DNA from: Candidatus Staskawiczbacteria bacterium RIFOXYD1_FULL_32_13
GTDB taxonomy: Bacteria; Patescibacteriota; Minisyncoccia; Minisyncoccales; Staskawiczbacteraceae
Direction: 5' to 3'
DNA length: 64,000 nucleotides
Assembly (NCBI GenBank): GCA_001820485.1
Contig: MHPU01000039.1
Location: forward strand, 30,904 to 94,903
Shown here: piece after piece, positions 9,050 through 18,793 of the stretch
How the letters are laid out: each line of letters starts with the position of its first letter
How positions within the stretch are numbered: position 1 is the first letter of the stretch
The notes under the pieces: generated by a model
Database searches by the model: none
Told to the model about the DNA's origin: nothing
The model's input: the letters and a program-made list of their open reading frames with translations, nothing else
Program-made: the position numbers and the translations under genes

Positions 9050-12000
9050 GTAGAGAAATTTTAGAGGATATAATCAAAGATTTTAATCCGGAAAAATTTG
9101 TTAGATTTTTTAGAGCAAAAAACTCTTCTACTTTTTTGCCTATTAAAGAGAATTTAGATCATTATAAAGATGCCAATTTTAAGGACGGGATTAAATTAGG
9201 GGAAATAAAGTTTTCAGAAGATGATAAATTGATAATTTGTGCGTTTAAGGCAGGCAAGTCTCTTTCTGAAAGGAGTGGTAAGAAGGCTCAATATGAACTT
9301 GGCAGAAAGGTTTTAAAGGAAAATCAAATTGATGCAGGAATTTTTATATTTTATGATGAGGAAAAAAAGTTTCGTTTTTCTTTAATTTATACAAATTATT
9401 TAGAGAGTAAGAAGAAAGATTGGAGTGCTTTTCGCAGATATACATATTTTGTCGGGGAGGGAACAAATAAGACATTTTTAAAACAAATTGGGGAAAAAGA
9501 TTTCTCAACCTTGAATAATGTTAAAAATGCCTTTTCAATTTCAGCTGTAACAGATATTTTTTATAATGATTTTTTTGCGGAATACGATAAAATTTTAAAA
9601 TCTGTTGTCATCGTAAATAAAATTGATAACACAGAGAGGGCAGAAAGCTTTGTTCTTTTATTTGCTATAAGGACTATTTTTTTAGGATTTATTCAAAAGA
9701 AAAGATGGATTGGAGATAATGAAAATTTTATTCAAGATTTTTTTACAGAGTATAAGAATAAATATTTTAAAGAAGATAAATTCTATAAAAGGTGGCTTTG
9801 CCCATTGTTTTTTGAAGCATTAAATTCGCCTCCCGGAAGAAAGGTTGCATATAATAACAATGAATTCTCAAAGGAAACAGAGCAACAGTTACAAATGTCG
9901 CCATATTTGAATGGGGGTCTTTTTAAGAAGAAAAATGACTTTGATGATCAGGGCTGGATAATTCCCGACAAAGAAATAGATAGTTTTTTTAATTTCCTTT
10001 TTTCTTATAGTTTTACAATAGAAGAAAACTCTCCCGAAGACGAGGACTTACAATTAAATCCGGAGTTTTTAGGGATTATTTTTGAAAGATTAGTTAATAA
10101 AAAAGATGGAGCCGTTTATACTCCAAGAACAGAAGTTGATTTAATGTGTAGATTAAGTTTGGTTAAATGGTTGCAAAAAAATCTTAAAGTTCAAGTAAAA
10201 ATAGATGACATTTACAAATTATTATTTAAGGAAAGTGATAAAGAACAACAAACAATAGGCGATTTATCAAAAGAAGATGCTGAGTATGTTTTGAAATTAT
10301 TGGAAAATGTTATTGTATGCGACCCTGCTGTTGGTTCAGGTGCTTTTCTTGTAGGAATGATGCAGGTTTTAGATGAGGTTGGATATAATCTTAATGAGAA
10401 AATAGGGGCTAAAAATAATAATGTTTTTGATAGAAAAAAGCAAATTATTGGTAGATCTCTTTATGGCGTAGAAGTAAAGGAATGGGCTGTTTGGATATGT
10501 CAGTTGCGTTTATGGTTATCATTATTTGTTGAAGCTCCAGATGATTTTAAAAATTCAATGGAAGCAATTTTACCAAGTTTAGATTTTAAAGTAAGGAAAG
10601 GCGATAGCCTTGTTCAAAGGGTTGGTTCAAAGTTATTTCCAATTACCGGACACATACAAATACAAAATAATTCTATAAAAGCAAAGATAACTCAATTAAA
10701 AAGTTTAAAAACAGAATACTACAATAACAAAGCAACAGTTTCAGATTGGGAGTTGAGGCAAAAGGAAAAACAAATTTATGATGATATTATAAATATTGAA
10801 ATTGATGAAAAACAAAATCAATTAAATAGTTTTAAAAACTACAAATCCAAAAAAACCGCTTCAATGTTTTCAGATATGACAGAGCCAGATCAAACAGAAC
10901 TTGAATTAGATAAAGATAAAATAGAAAAAATAAAATTGGAATTAGAGGATTTAAAAGAACAAAAAGCAATTTTATCAAAAGGAGAAAAGCCTTTGGTTTG
11001 GAGTATAGAGTTTGCCGAAGTTTTTGCAGAAAAAGGCGGATTTGATATTATTATTGGAAATCCACCATATGTTAGACAAGAGAGTATTTCAGATCCAACA
11101 GAAAAGATAAAAGATAAAAAAATATACAAAAACCTTCTTTCTGAAATGGTAAAAATGGATTTTCCAGATGATTTTTTAGCAAAGACAAAGATTAACGCTC
11201 AATCCGATTTATACACTTATTTTTATATTCGTGGACTGCGACTTTTAAACCCGTTGGGAGTGCATACTTTTATTTGTTCTAATTCGTGGTTAGATGTTGG
11301 TTATGGTGCTTGGCTTCAAGAGTTTTTATTAAAAAGATGCCCGGTTGATTTAATAATTGATAATCACGCAAAAAGAAGTTTTGAAGTAGCTGATGTTAAT
11401 ACTATAATTTCTATTGTTCACGCACCGCAAAAAAAAGTTGATGAAAATCATTTGGTAAAATTTGTTGCTTACAAAAGACCATTTGAAGAGATAATGTTTA
11501 CTGAAGATTTACTTATAGTTGAGAATACAAAAAAGGTTTTGGCGAATGATGGTTTTAGAGTTTATCCAATATCAGTAAAAGATTTAATAGATTTTGGCAC
11601 AGAATATGAGAATGAAAATCAGGAAAAATTAAAATCTGGAAAATACATTGGTGATAAGTGGGGAGGTAAATATCTCCGTGCTCCGGATATTTTCTTTACA
11701 ATTTTAGAGAAAGGAAAAGATAAGTTAGTAAAACTTGGCGATATCGCAAAAGTGAGCTTTGGAATTAAAACAGGAGTAAATGAATTTTTTTATCTTGATG
11801 ATGAAGCAATCAAAAAATGGGGGATTGAAAAGGATTTTTTAAAACCTGTCATTAAAAGTCCTCGTGAATGTAGAAGCATCTTGGTTGATCCTAAAGATTT
11901 AAAATACAAAATTTTTATTTGTAATAAAAGTAAAGAAGAGTTAAATGGAACAAATGCGTTGAAGTATATTGAATGGGGAGAAAAGCAAAAAACCAAAGAG

Positions 12001-12567
12001 GGCGTTTATTGGAAAAATGTTCCAAGCGTTTCTTCGCGTAAATTTTGGTGGGAAGCATCAATCCAAGAGTTTGCTTTTTGTTCATATCCAATGATAAATA
12101 ATATTAGGCTTATTTTTTTCAAAAATAACTTTATTCTAAATGACGCTAATTTGGTTGGAATTTATCCAAAAAAAGATTTTGGAAATTCTTTACTTGTTTC
12201 CTTAAATTCAACATATAATATGATAAATATGGAACTAATGGGTATAGCAAATTTAGGAGAAGGGGCGATAAAGCAAAATCCGATTTATATCAAAAAATCA
12301 ATCATTATTGACCCTGAAATAATACCAAACTATAAAGTAGAACCGTTTTTTAATCGGGAAATTTATTCAATTTTCGAGGAGTGTGGAATTGATCCAAAAT
12401 CGGAAACCCCCATTGAAGAGCAAGAACCAAAACCGTTACCGGATAGGGCAGAGTTAGACAATATAGTTTTTGATGCTTTGGGACTTAATAATGATGAACG
12501 TAAAGAAGTTTATCGTTCCGTTTGTCGTCTTGTTTGGAATAGAATAAGTAAAGCTAAGAGTGTTTAA
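9046..12567 (+). CDS. Large N6-adenine DNA methyltransferase (gamma-class, Eco57I/MmeI-like architecture), possibly with an N-terminal nuclease domain
   Basis: It has motif I VCDPAVGSGAFLV and motif IV IIGNPPYV. At 1173 aa it is the size of a Type IIG or DISARM/BREX MTase. A D...EEK segment near the N-terminus could be a PD-ExK site. It overlaps the upstream gene by 4 nt. Confidence 0.8.
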   Translation: MSREILEDIIKDFNPEKFVRFFRAKNSSTFLPIKENLDHYKDANFKDGIKLGEIKFSEDDKLIICAFKAGKSLSERSGKKAQYELGRKVLKENQIDAGIFIFYDEEKKFRFSLIYTNYLESKKKDWSAFRRYTYFVGEGTNKTFLKQIGEKDFSTLNNVKNAFSISAVTDIFYNDFFAEYDKILKSVVIVNKIDNTERAESFVLLFAIRTIFLGFIQKKRWIGDNENFIQDFFTEYKNKYFKEDKFYKRWLCPLFFEALNSPPGRKVAYNNNEFSKETEQQLQMSPYLNGGLFKKKNDFDDQGWIIPDKEIDSFFNFLFSYSFTIEENSPEDEDLQLNPEFLGIIFERLVNKKDGAVYTPRTEVDLMCRLSLVKWLQKNLKVQVKIDDIYKLLFKESDKEQQTIGDLSKEDAEYVLKLLENVIVCDPAVGSGAFLVGMMQVLDEVGYNLNEKIGAKNNNVFDRKKQIIGRSLYGVEVKEWAVWICQLRLWLSLFVEAPDDFKNSMEAILPSLDFKVRKGDSLVQRVGSKLFPITGHIQIQNNSIKAKITQLKSLKTEYYNNKATVSDWELRQKEKQIYDDIINIEIDEKQNQLNSFKNYKSKKTASMFSDMTEPDQTELELDKDKIEKIKLELEDLKEQKAILSKGEKPLVWSIEFAEVFAEKGGFDIIIGNPPYVRQESISDPTEKIKDKKIYKNLLSEMVKMDFPDDFLAKTKINAQSDLYTYFYIRGLRLLNPLGVHTFICSNSWLDVGYGAWLQEFLLKRCPVDLIIDNHAKRSFEVADVNTIISIVHAPQKKVDENHLVKFVAYKRPFEEIMFTEDLLIVENTKKVLANDGFRVYPISVKDLIDFGTEYENENQEKLKSGKYIGDKWGGKYLRAPDIFFTILEKGKDKLVKLGDIAKVSFGIKTGVNEFFYLDDEAIKKWGIEKDFLKPVIKSPRECRSILVDPKDLKYKIFICNKSKEELNGTNALKYIEWGEKQKTKEGVYWKNVPSVSSRKFWWEASIQEFAFCSYPMINNIRLIFFKNNFILNDANLVGIYPKKDFGNSLLVSLNSTYNMINMELMGIANLGEGAIKQNPIYIKKSIIIDPEIIPNYKVEPFFNREIYSIFEECGIDPKSETPIEEQEPKPLPDRAELDNIVFDALGLNNDERKEVYRSVCRLVWNRISKAKSV

Positions 12568-12579
12568 ATTACTAAAAAT

Positions 12580-15500
12580 ATGGATGAAAAAGGATTAAAT
12601 CCAAATATAAATGAAACATTTGAAATCAAGCCACATCAGAAATGGATTTGTGATTATTTAGATCGTCTTAATGAAAAGGAAAAGATATGTTCAGATGCGG
12701 TTATTCCTTCAAATTTAATTATAGGTGCTTTAATTGCAATTCACAATAAAGAAAAAAATCCTGATTGGATGGCACAGTCCGCTCACTCGTACAGGGAGAT
12801 ATTTTATTGGTTGGGCGGTAAAAGAGATAAAGGTGTTTTTTTTAAAATTAAATCATTTTCCTATGGTTGGCTTCATAAGCTTGGAATTAGAAATAAAGCA
12901 ATTGAAAGAATTGTTAATTATAAAATAAATAGCCAAAATAAAAAGAAGATAGAATATGTTCTACAAGTTTTGCACGAACAAAAGAGAGCAGAAATTATTG
13001 CAAACACCTTATATAAAATTTATTTGGCATTTACCAAAATTTCTCATCATTTTGCGAAAAAGGATAGCAGAAAAGATACAATCAAAATTTTTAGGCAGTT
13101 AGGGATAATTGTTGATGAGAAGAATTTCCCAACCAATGATAATTTTATTGACCTTGTTCGGATATTTGAAAATGTTTTGAGAGAGTCTTCGCTTGATCCT
13201 TTAAAAATTCACGAAAATATTGATTTATTCATTAAAGAAAGAAATAAAGATGCACCTTATTTGCGTTTACTTTTTTCGTTGAATTATGATGCTAAAAGAT
13301 TTTTCTTTTATCAGGCCGATGAAAATTGGTTGAGTTGGCTTTGGAAAAATGGCTTTTTAGACAATATAAAAAAGAAGGCAGAAAACTCAAATCAATATTC
13401 GTTCCGTATGCCTGAATTAAATTATTTGGTAAAAGTTACCGAGAAGAAACCTGTAGAGGTTATTGAGATTATAAAGTCAATAGAGATTTCAGGGCAAAAT
13501 TTTAATCCGGAAGTTGTTGATCGTTTCTTGTGGATCGCAAGGTCTTTGCCTGTAGATAAGGTTGGAGAATTAGTTGAGGGTGGCAGAATTGGTAAGTGGA
13601 TTTATTTAATGCACGCATATAATTTTAGGAAATCAGGATATGAATTTATGGAAATTATCAAAAATATTGAGAAAGCCAAAGAATACAAGGCATTGTTGGG
13701 TTTAGCAAAATCACTGCTTTCAATTAAAAAAGAAATTAAAAACGACACAGAAAGTTTTGGCGAAGACAATCCTTTTTATATAGCTGATTTAGATGCCTCT
13801 GGTGTTTTTAGTGCTTTGGCAGACATAGATAATGATGAACATACAGAGAGTGCTTTAATTTTAACTGTTGAAAAACTATCAGAAATTGTAAAATTGGGAG
13901 GCGTAAATAATGAAAAAGTTTTTGATTATCAAGATTTATTTTCTTTGCTTGATGTTGATATTTTTACTCTTGAAGTTGAGGAAAGTGGTGGAATTTCTTA
14001 TAGACAGGATGTTAAAAATTTAGTTGCCACAATCAAGAAGTTAATTGAGAGAACTATTGGCAATAATTGTGGCGATGAGAAAAAAGCAAGAAAAATGTTT
14101 GAACACATAAATAACCTATCATCTTGCCGTTCATCTTGGCGAATAAAATTATTTGCTTTATCACAATGTCCGGAAGTATTCAAGAGAGAACTTAAAGAAG
14201 CATTTTTTAGAGTATTTATTGACGATTATTACCAAATTGAAGGCGGAACAGAGTATAAAAAAACACTTGGAACTGCTTTTTATGTATTAGAAAAAACAGA
14301 TAGGCAAAAATACATTGATAAAGTTTTCGAGTTTTTTTCTAAAAAAGATGCAGAAAAAGAAAATGATAAGGAAGTTTGGCACAGAAGAACGGGTTGGGAA
14401 ATCTTGTCTGTGATATATTCTATTGGTCTTTTGAATAAAGAATATGAAAATAAATGTGAGCAAGTGTTTGGCAAAAAACCTAAAAAAGATTATGAACCAG
14501 AGCCTGTAATAGGCGAAACAAGAGGAGGAACTGTGATAGACAGGTCACCATTTGAATTAGCGGGTTTCTCGCCAGATCAAATAGCGGTAAATCTTAAATC
14601 AGAGTGGACTGTTAAAAAAATTGCAGATCTTTATAAAAATGATGATTTTTTACGCCCGCGAAATGCAGAGGGATTAGGTGATGCCTTGAAAGAGGACATA
14701 AAAGTGAGAACAACAGAATATCTTGAAAATATAAATAAGTTTTTTGATAGGGAGAAAATGCACTCTCATTATGTTTATTCTATTTTGCGTGGGATTGATG
14801 ATATATTAAGAAACAAACAACAATTAAAGCCTGAGCAAATAAAACAAATTTTTGATTTTTTTAAAATAATTATAAGTAGCGGTAAAAAAGAAGCATTTAT
14901 TGCAGAGAAAAGTGAGAATGGTTGGCTTGCAGATTGGATAACTGTTTGTAGGACAATGACGGACATATTGCTATATACAACGGAAAATAAAGAAACAAGA
15001 AAAGAAATACATAGTGACCACAAAGAATTTATAAAAAACTGCATAGCTTATCTTTTAACAATTACGCAAAGCCTTTCGGCAGAAGAAGAAAAACCGGAAT
15101 ACGGAGAATTATACACAGTTGCAATAAATTCTGTAAGAGGGAGGGCATATGAATTACTCGTTGTTTTTACAGAAAACGATGGTAATGTTTTAAGTGATGA
15201 TGTAAAAAGTATTTTCAAAAAAACACTCAAAGACAATTCTCTTGCAGTAAGGTTTGTAATAGGCAGATACTTGGCAACATTATATTTTAGAGATAAGGAT
15301 TTTGTGAAAGGTTTATTTTCAGATATTTTTACTATAAAAAATTCTGATAAAAAAGATGTTTATTTAGCAACTTGGGAAGGATATTTATCAAGTTCCTTGT
15401 ATGGAGAATTATTCAATGAATTAAAGGAATATTATGTTAATGCTATAAATTTTAATCCGGAAGAATATACCAAAAGAAAATACTATAAAGGGTTAGATGA

Positions 15501-16140
15501 AGCGTTGGCAATACATTTGGCTCTTGCTTTTATCTATTTAGATTTGAAGATAGGAGATCCGCTGTTTGAAGAGTTTTGGAAAGCTGAGAATACAAAAAGA
15601 CAAGAAGAATTCATATCTTTTATAGGTCAAAAATGTTTTTCAAGGAATAATTTTGAATATGGAGAAGAGGACAAATTTGATAGGAATAAGATGATTGAGT
15701 TTTGGAATTGGGCATTGAACAAAAAATTAAATCCGAAGATTTTGTCTGGCTTTGGTTTTTGGGTAAATCCAAAAAAGGAAATTATAGATGATAATTTATT
15801 GGCAGATAAAATTGCCGAAACAATGGAGCAATCTGACGGAGATATTGATTGGGACTATGGAATAATCGAGCGTTTATTGAAGTTTGCTGAAAAAAATAAG
15901 GAAAAAACATTGCAGATTATAAAAAATTATTTTCTTGATAAAGATAATAATCTTAATCAGCATCGCCGTGTTCCTATGTTTAGCACTGATAATGAGATCA
16001 AGGAAGCGTTAAAATATATTTATAATAATTCAGACAGCGAAGTAAAAGAAAAAGTTGAGGCGTTAATAGGTTTGCTCATAGAGAAAGGCAGTGATATGTT
16101 TTGGGGATTAAAGGAAATTATAAATAAAAGTAATTTATAA
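12580..16140 (+). CDS. Large hypothetical protein (1186 aa), no recognisable catalytic motif
   Basis: The reading frame is long and clean with no Walker A. Helical repeat-like composition is an unverified impression. It is tightly linked to the MTase, 13 bp downstream. Confidence 0.5.
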   Translation: MDEKGLNPNINETFEIKPHQKWICDYLDRLNEKEKICSDAVIPSNLIIGALIAIHNKEKNPDWMAQSAHSYREIFYWLGGKRDKGVFFKIKSFSYGWLHKLGIRNKAIERIVNYKINSQNKKKIEYVLQVLHEQKRAEIIANTLYKIYLAFTKISHHFAKKDSRKDTIKIFRQLGIIVDEKNFPTNDNFIDLVRIFENVLRESSLDPLKIHENIDLFIKERNKDAPYLRLLFSLNYDAKRFFFYQADENWLSWLWKNGFLDNIKKKAENSNQYSFRMPELNYLVKVTEKKPVEVIEIIKSIEISGQNFNPEVVDRFLWIARSLPVDKVGELVEGGRIGKWIYLMHAYNFRKSGYEFMEIIKNIEKAKEYKALLGLAKSLLSIKKEIKNDTESFGEDNPFYIADLDASGVFSALADIDNDEHTESALILTVEKLSEIVKLGGVNNEKVFDYQDLFSLLDVDIFTLEVEESGGISYRQDVKNLVATIKKLIERTIGNNCGDEKKARKMFEHINNLSSCRSSWRIKLFALSQCPEVFKRELKEAFFRVFIDDYYQIEGGTEYKKTLGTAFYVLEKTDRQKYIDKVFEFFSKKDAEKENDKEVWHRRTGWEILSVIYSIGLLNKEYENKCEQVFGKKPKKDYEPEPVIGETRGGTVIDRSPFELAGFSPDQIAVNLKSEWTVKKIADLYKNDDFLRPRNAEGLGDALKEDIKVRTTEYLENINKFFDREKMHSHYVYSILRGIDDILRNKQQLKPEQIKQIFDFFKIIISSGKKEAFIAEKSENGWLADWITVCRTMTDILLYTTENKETRKEIHSDHKEFIKNCIAYLLTITQSLSAEEEKPEYGELYTVAINSVRGRAYELLVVFTENDGNVLSDDVKSIFKKTLKDNSLAVRFVIGRYLATLYFRDKDFVKGLFSDIFTIKNSDKKDVYLATWEGYLSSSLYGELFNELKEYYVNAINFNPEEYTKRKYYKGLDEALAIHLALAFIYLDLKIGDPLFEEFWKAENTKRQEEFISFIGQKCFSRNNFEYGEEDKFDRNKMIEFWNWALNKKLNPKILSGFGFWVNPKKEIIDDNLLADKIAETMEQSDGDIDWDYGIIERLLKFAEKNKEKTLQIIKNYFLDKDNNLNQHRRVPMFSTDNEIKEALKYIYNNSDSEVKEKVEALIGLLIEKGSDMFWGLKEIINKSNL

Positions 16141-16141
16141 A

Positions 16142-16972
16142 ATGGATTATAAAACACCGGAAAATAAGAGCGAAAATAAATTACATAAAAAGTGGTGGTT
16201 TTGGATTGTGGTTGCAATGGTATTATTGAGTTTGATTAACAATAGATCTGAAAAGAAAGCAATAATAGAGAAAGGTAATTTAGCAAACTCGCAACAGGCA
16301 GAAGAAATAATTGATAATGATGAAGAGGAGTTAATTGATAATTCTGATAAAGAACTTTATGAGGTTGTAAAAGTTGTTGATGGCGACACCATCAATGTAA
16401 ATATAAATGGCAAAGTGGAAACATTAAGGCTAATTGGGATAAATACTCCGGAAACAGTTGATCCAAGAAAGGCAGTGATATGTTTTGGTAAAGAAGCATC
16501 TGATAAAGCAAAGCAGTTGCTAACAAATAAAAAGGTTCGTTTAGAAGGCGATGCAACGCAAGGAGAAAGAGATAAATATCAAAGACTTTTGCGTTATGTG
16601 TGGTTGGAAGACGGAACATTTTTTAATAAACTTATGATAAGTGAGGGTTATGCTTTTGAATATACCTACGATACTATTTACAAATATCAAGCAGAATTCA
16701 AACAAGCAGAAATAAGTGCAAGAACATCAAAAAAAGGATTGTGGGCTGATAATGTTTGTGACCAAACAAAAGTGCAAACTCCTGTTCAAATAATAACAAG
16801 CCAACCAGCAGATACAAGCAAAATTAACTGTTCGTCAAATACTTATAACTGCACAGATTTTAAGAGACAAAAAGAAGCTCAACAAGTATTTGATTTTTGT
16901 GGAGGAGTAAATAATGATATTCACAAACTTGATGCAGATAAAGACGGGCTTGTTTGTGAAAGTTTGCCTTGA
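16142..16972 (+). CDS. Membrane-anchored thermonuclease (SNase) homologue with a C-terminal Excalibur Ca-binding domain
   Basis: There is an N-terminal TM (WWFWIVVAMVLLSLI). The SNase core reads VVDGDTI...RLIGINTPE...RYVWLEDG. The C-terminus has DADKDGLVCE, an Excalibur DxDxDGxxCE motif. Confidence 0.75.
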   Translation: MDYKTPENKSENKLHKKWWFWIVVAMVLLSLINNRSEKKAIIEKGNLANSQQAEEIIDNDEEELIDNSDKELYEVVKVVDGDTINVNINGKVETLRLIGINTPETVDPRKAVICFGKEASDKAKQLLTNKKVRLEGDATQGERDKYQRLLRYVWLEDGTFFNKLMISEGYAFEYTYDTIYKYQAEFKQAEISARTSKKGLWADNVCDQTKVQTPVQIITSQPADTSKINCSSNTYNCTDFKRQKEAQQVFDFCGGVNNDIHKLDADKDGLVCESLP

Positions 16973-17173
16973 TTGTTTTTCTGAAAGTAGTATTATAAAG
17001 TTGAAAACTTAATAATTCGTGCCTAACCCTTATAAGAAATTATAAGGTATGGCATAAAATCGTTGAACACATTAAACCCGTCATTCGGGGGTCGTGTTCA
17101 ACGTTATACAGGGAAACTTGTATATGAGTCGCAAGACTCACCCTTCTGTGGCGGGTTTTGTGTTATGTGATAT

Positions 17174-17653
17174 ATGAATTCCATAAATAATTTTATAAAT
17201 AAAAAATTAACTCAAGTCGCAAGATGGATATTATTTATACCCGTTAGTTTTATAGTTTATTGGTCATCCACATTTATAGTTTACATTGGAATTACATTTC
17301 TATATTATTTTTTGAGTCAGTTGAAATGGTATTTTTTAATTCCAGCAATTTTTCCGGCTTTTTTTATTTTGTCAATTATCGCAGGAGGACTTTGGTCTTG
17401 TTTTTATATTGGGCTGTTTTTAAGTCCAAACAGATTATTATGTTGGTTGCTTGCGGGGTGGTTTATTTTTTCAGCACTTTCTGGGATTTCAGGATATTGT
17501 ACGCCAATACCAGTATCTGAAGATAAAGTTATTATACAGTTGCCTTGTTGGGCTTATATTATTTTGCAGTTATATATTGTGATTTGTCTGGTCATTTCTG
17601 CAATTATTGCGAGTGTTAATATTGGAGAAAGGAATAAAGTAAAGAATATTTAA
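17174..17653 (+). CDS. Polytopic membrane protein, unknown function
   Basis: It has 4-5 hydrophobic helices and no recognised family motif. Confidence 0.45.
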   Translation: MNSINNFINKKLTQVARWILFIPVSFIVYWSSTFIVYIGITFLYYFLSQLKWYFLIPAIFPAFFILSIIAGGLWSCFYIGLFLSPNRLLCWLLAGWFIFSALSGISGYCTPIPVSEDKVIIQLPCWAYIILQLYIVICLVISAIIASVNIGERNKVKNI

Positions 17654-17660
17654 TAATTTT

Positions 17661-18599
17661 ATGTTTATAAAAAATGTAAAAATAATTAAAATAACAGGAA
17701 TGATTGTATTGGGCGTTTTTGTTATATTTATTTTTATAATTGGTTTTATTCAATATAAAAATTATATTTATAATGAAGATATTGTAAAAAAACAATCTCA
17801 GTCTTTTGTAGAAGATCAAAATAGAAAGTTAGAGGAGGCGAAAAAAGAGTTTGAAGCGTTCAAAATTGAAAGTCAGCAAAAGATGGACGAAGTCAAAAAT
17901 CAGATAAAAAATAATCCGATAAACAAGGAAATTATTGTTAAAGATGTTCAAAAAGCCGGAACAGAAGAAAGTCTATCTACGATTGTATCGCAATGGAGAC
18001 CGATAATAGCTTACATATCTTGCAAATGGATTTATAGTTCAACAGGAGAAACTCTTGCTACTTCTACTGGGTCGGGAGTATTGGTTCAATTAAGTGGAAG
18101 TATTTATGTCATTACCAATAGGCACGTTTTAGAGAGTAGTTTTGATGCATTAAGAAATGGGGAAAAGTATGGAGCAGATTTTTGTGATATTACACTCCCG
18201 AATGGAAATTATGCATTTAAAGTTTATCAAAGTTCATTTAAAGGATCCTCAACAAACGATTTAGGTGGATTGAAGATAGAATATCCAACAGATTATATTA
18301 AAAATCTTTCTGCTGTTGATTTTCTAAGATGCAAAAATAAGGCTCTTATAGGAGATGCTGTGGCAATTATCGGTTATCCTGGAATAGGGTCAAAAGTAGA
18401 TATTACAGTTACAAAAGGAATTATTTCTGGTTATGAAGGGGACTATTATATTACTGATGCAAAGGTTGAACACGGTAATTCCGGTGGCGTAGCAATATTA
18501 TTAAAAGATAATTGCTATTTGGGAATACCAACATATGCAATATCGGGAGAAGTAGAAACTCTTGCGAGGATATTAGATCAGTCAATAGTTTTTAAATAA
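17661..18599 (+). CDS. Trypsin-like (S1) serine protease with N-terminal TM anchor
   Basis: There is an N-terminal TM and a coiled-coil linker. A TNRHV segment is histidine-like. The catalytic serine motif GNSGG lies in a GYPG...context, and no PDZ domain is seen. Confidence 0.65.
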   Translation: MFIKNVKIIKITGMIVLGVFVIFIFIIGFIQYKNYIYNEDIVKKQSQSFVEDQNRKLEEAKKEFEAFKIESQQKMDEVKNQIKNNPINKEIIVKDVQKAGTEESLSTIVSQWRPIIAYISCKWIYSSTGETLATSTGSGVLVQLSGSIYVITNRHVLESSFDALRNGEKYGADFCDITLPNGNYAFKVYQSSFKGSSTNDLGGLKIEYPTDYIKNLSAVDFLRCKNKALIGDAVAIIGYPGIGSKVDITVTKGIISGYEGDYYITDAKVEHGNSGGVAILLKDNCYLGIPTYAISGEVETLARILDQSIVFK

Positions 18600-18604
18600 A
18601 AGTT

Positions 18605-18787
18605 ATGGAAGAAAATATAAAAAAATATTTAATATGGATTGTTGTTTTTGTGGTAGTTGCAGTAGTTTTTTATATTTTGTGTCCGAAGTATTATTTCATA
18701 ATAGATTATGGTGTATGGCATAGGTGCAATGAAATAACTGGAACTTGCGAATATTTTTCAGATAATAGTAAATGGATACCGCGTTAA
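18605..18787 (+). CDS. Small single-TM protein
   Basis: It is 60 aa with a hydrophobic core. Confidence 0.3.
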   Translation: MEENIKKYLIWIVVFVVVAVVFYILCPKYYFIIDYGVWHRCNEITGTCEYFSDNSKWIPR

Positions 18788-18793
18788 AAATTT

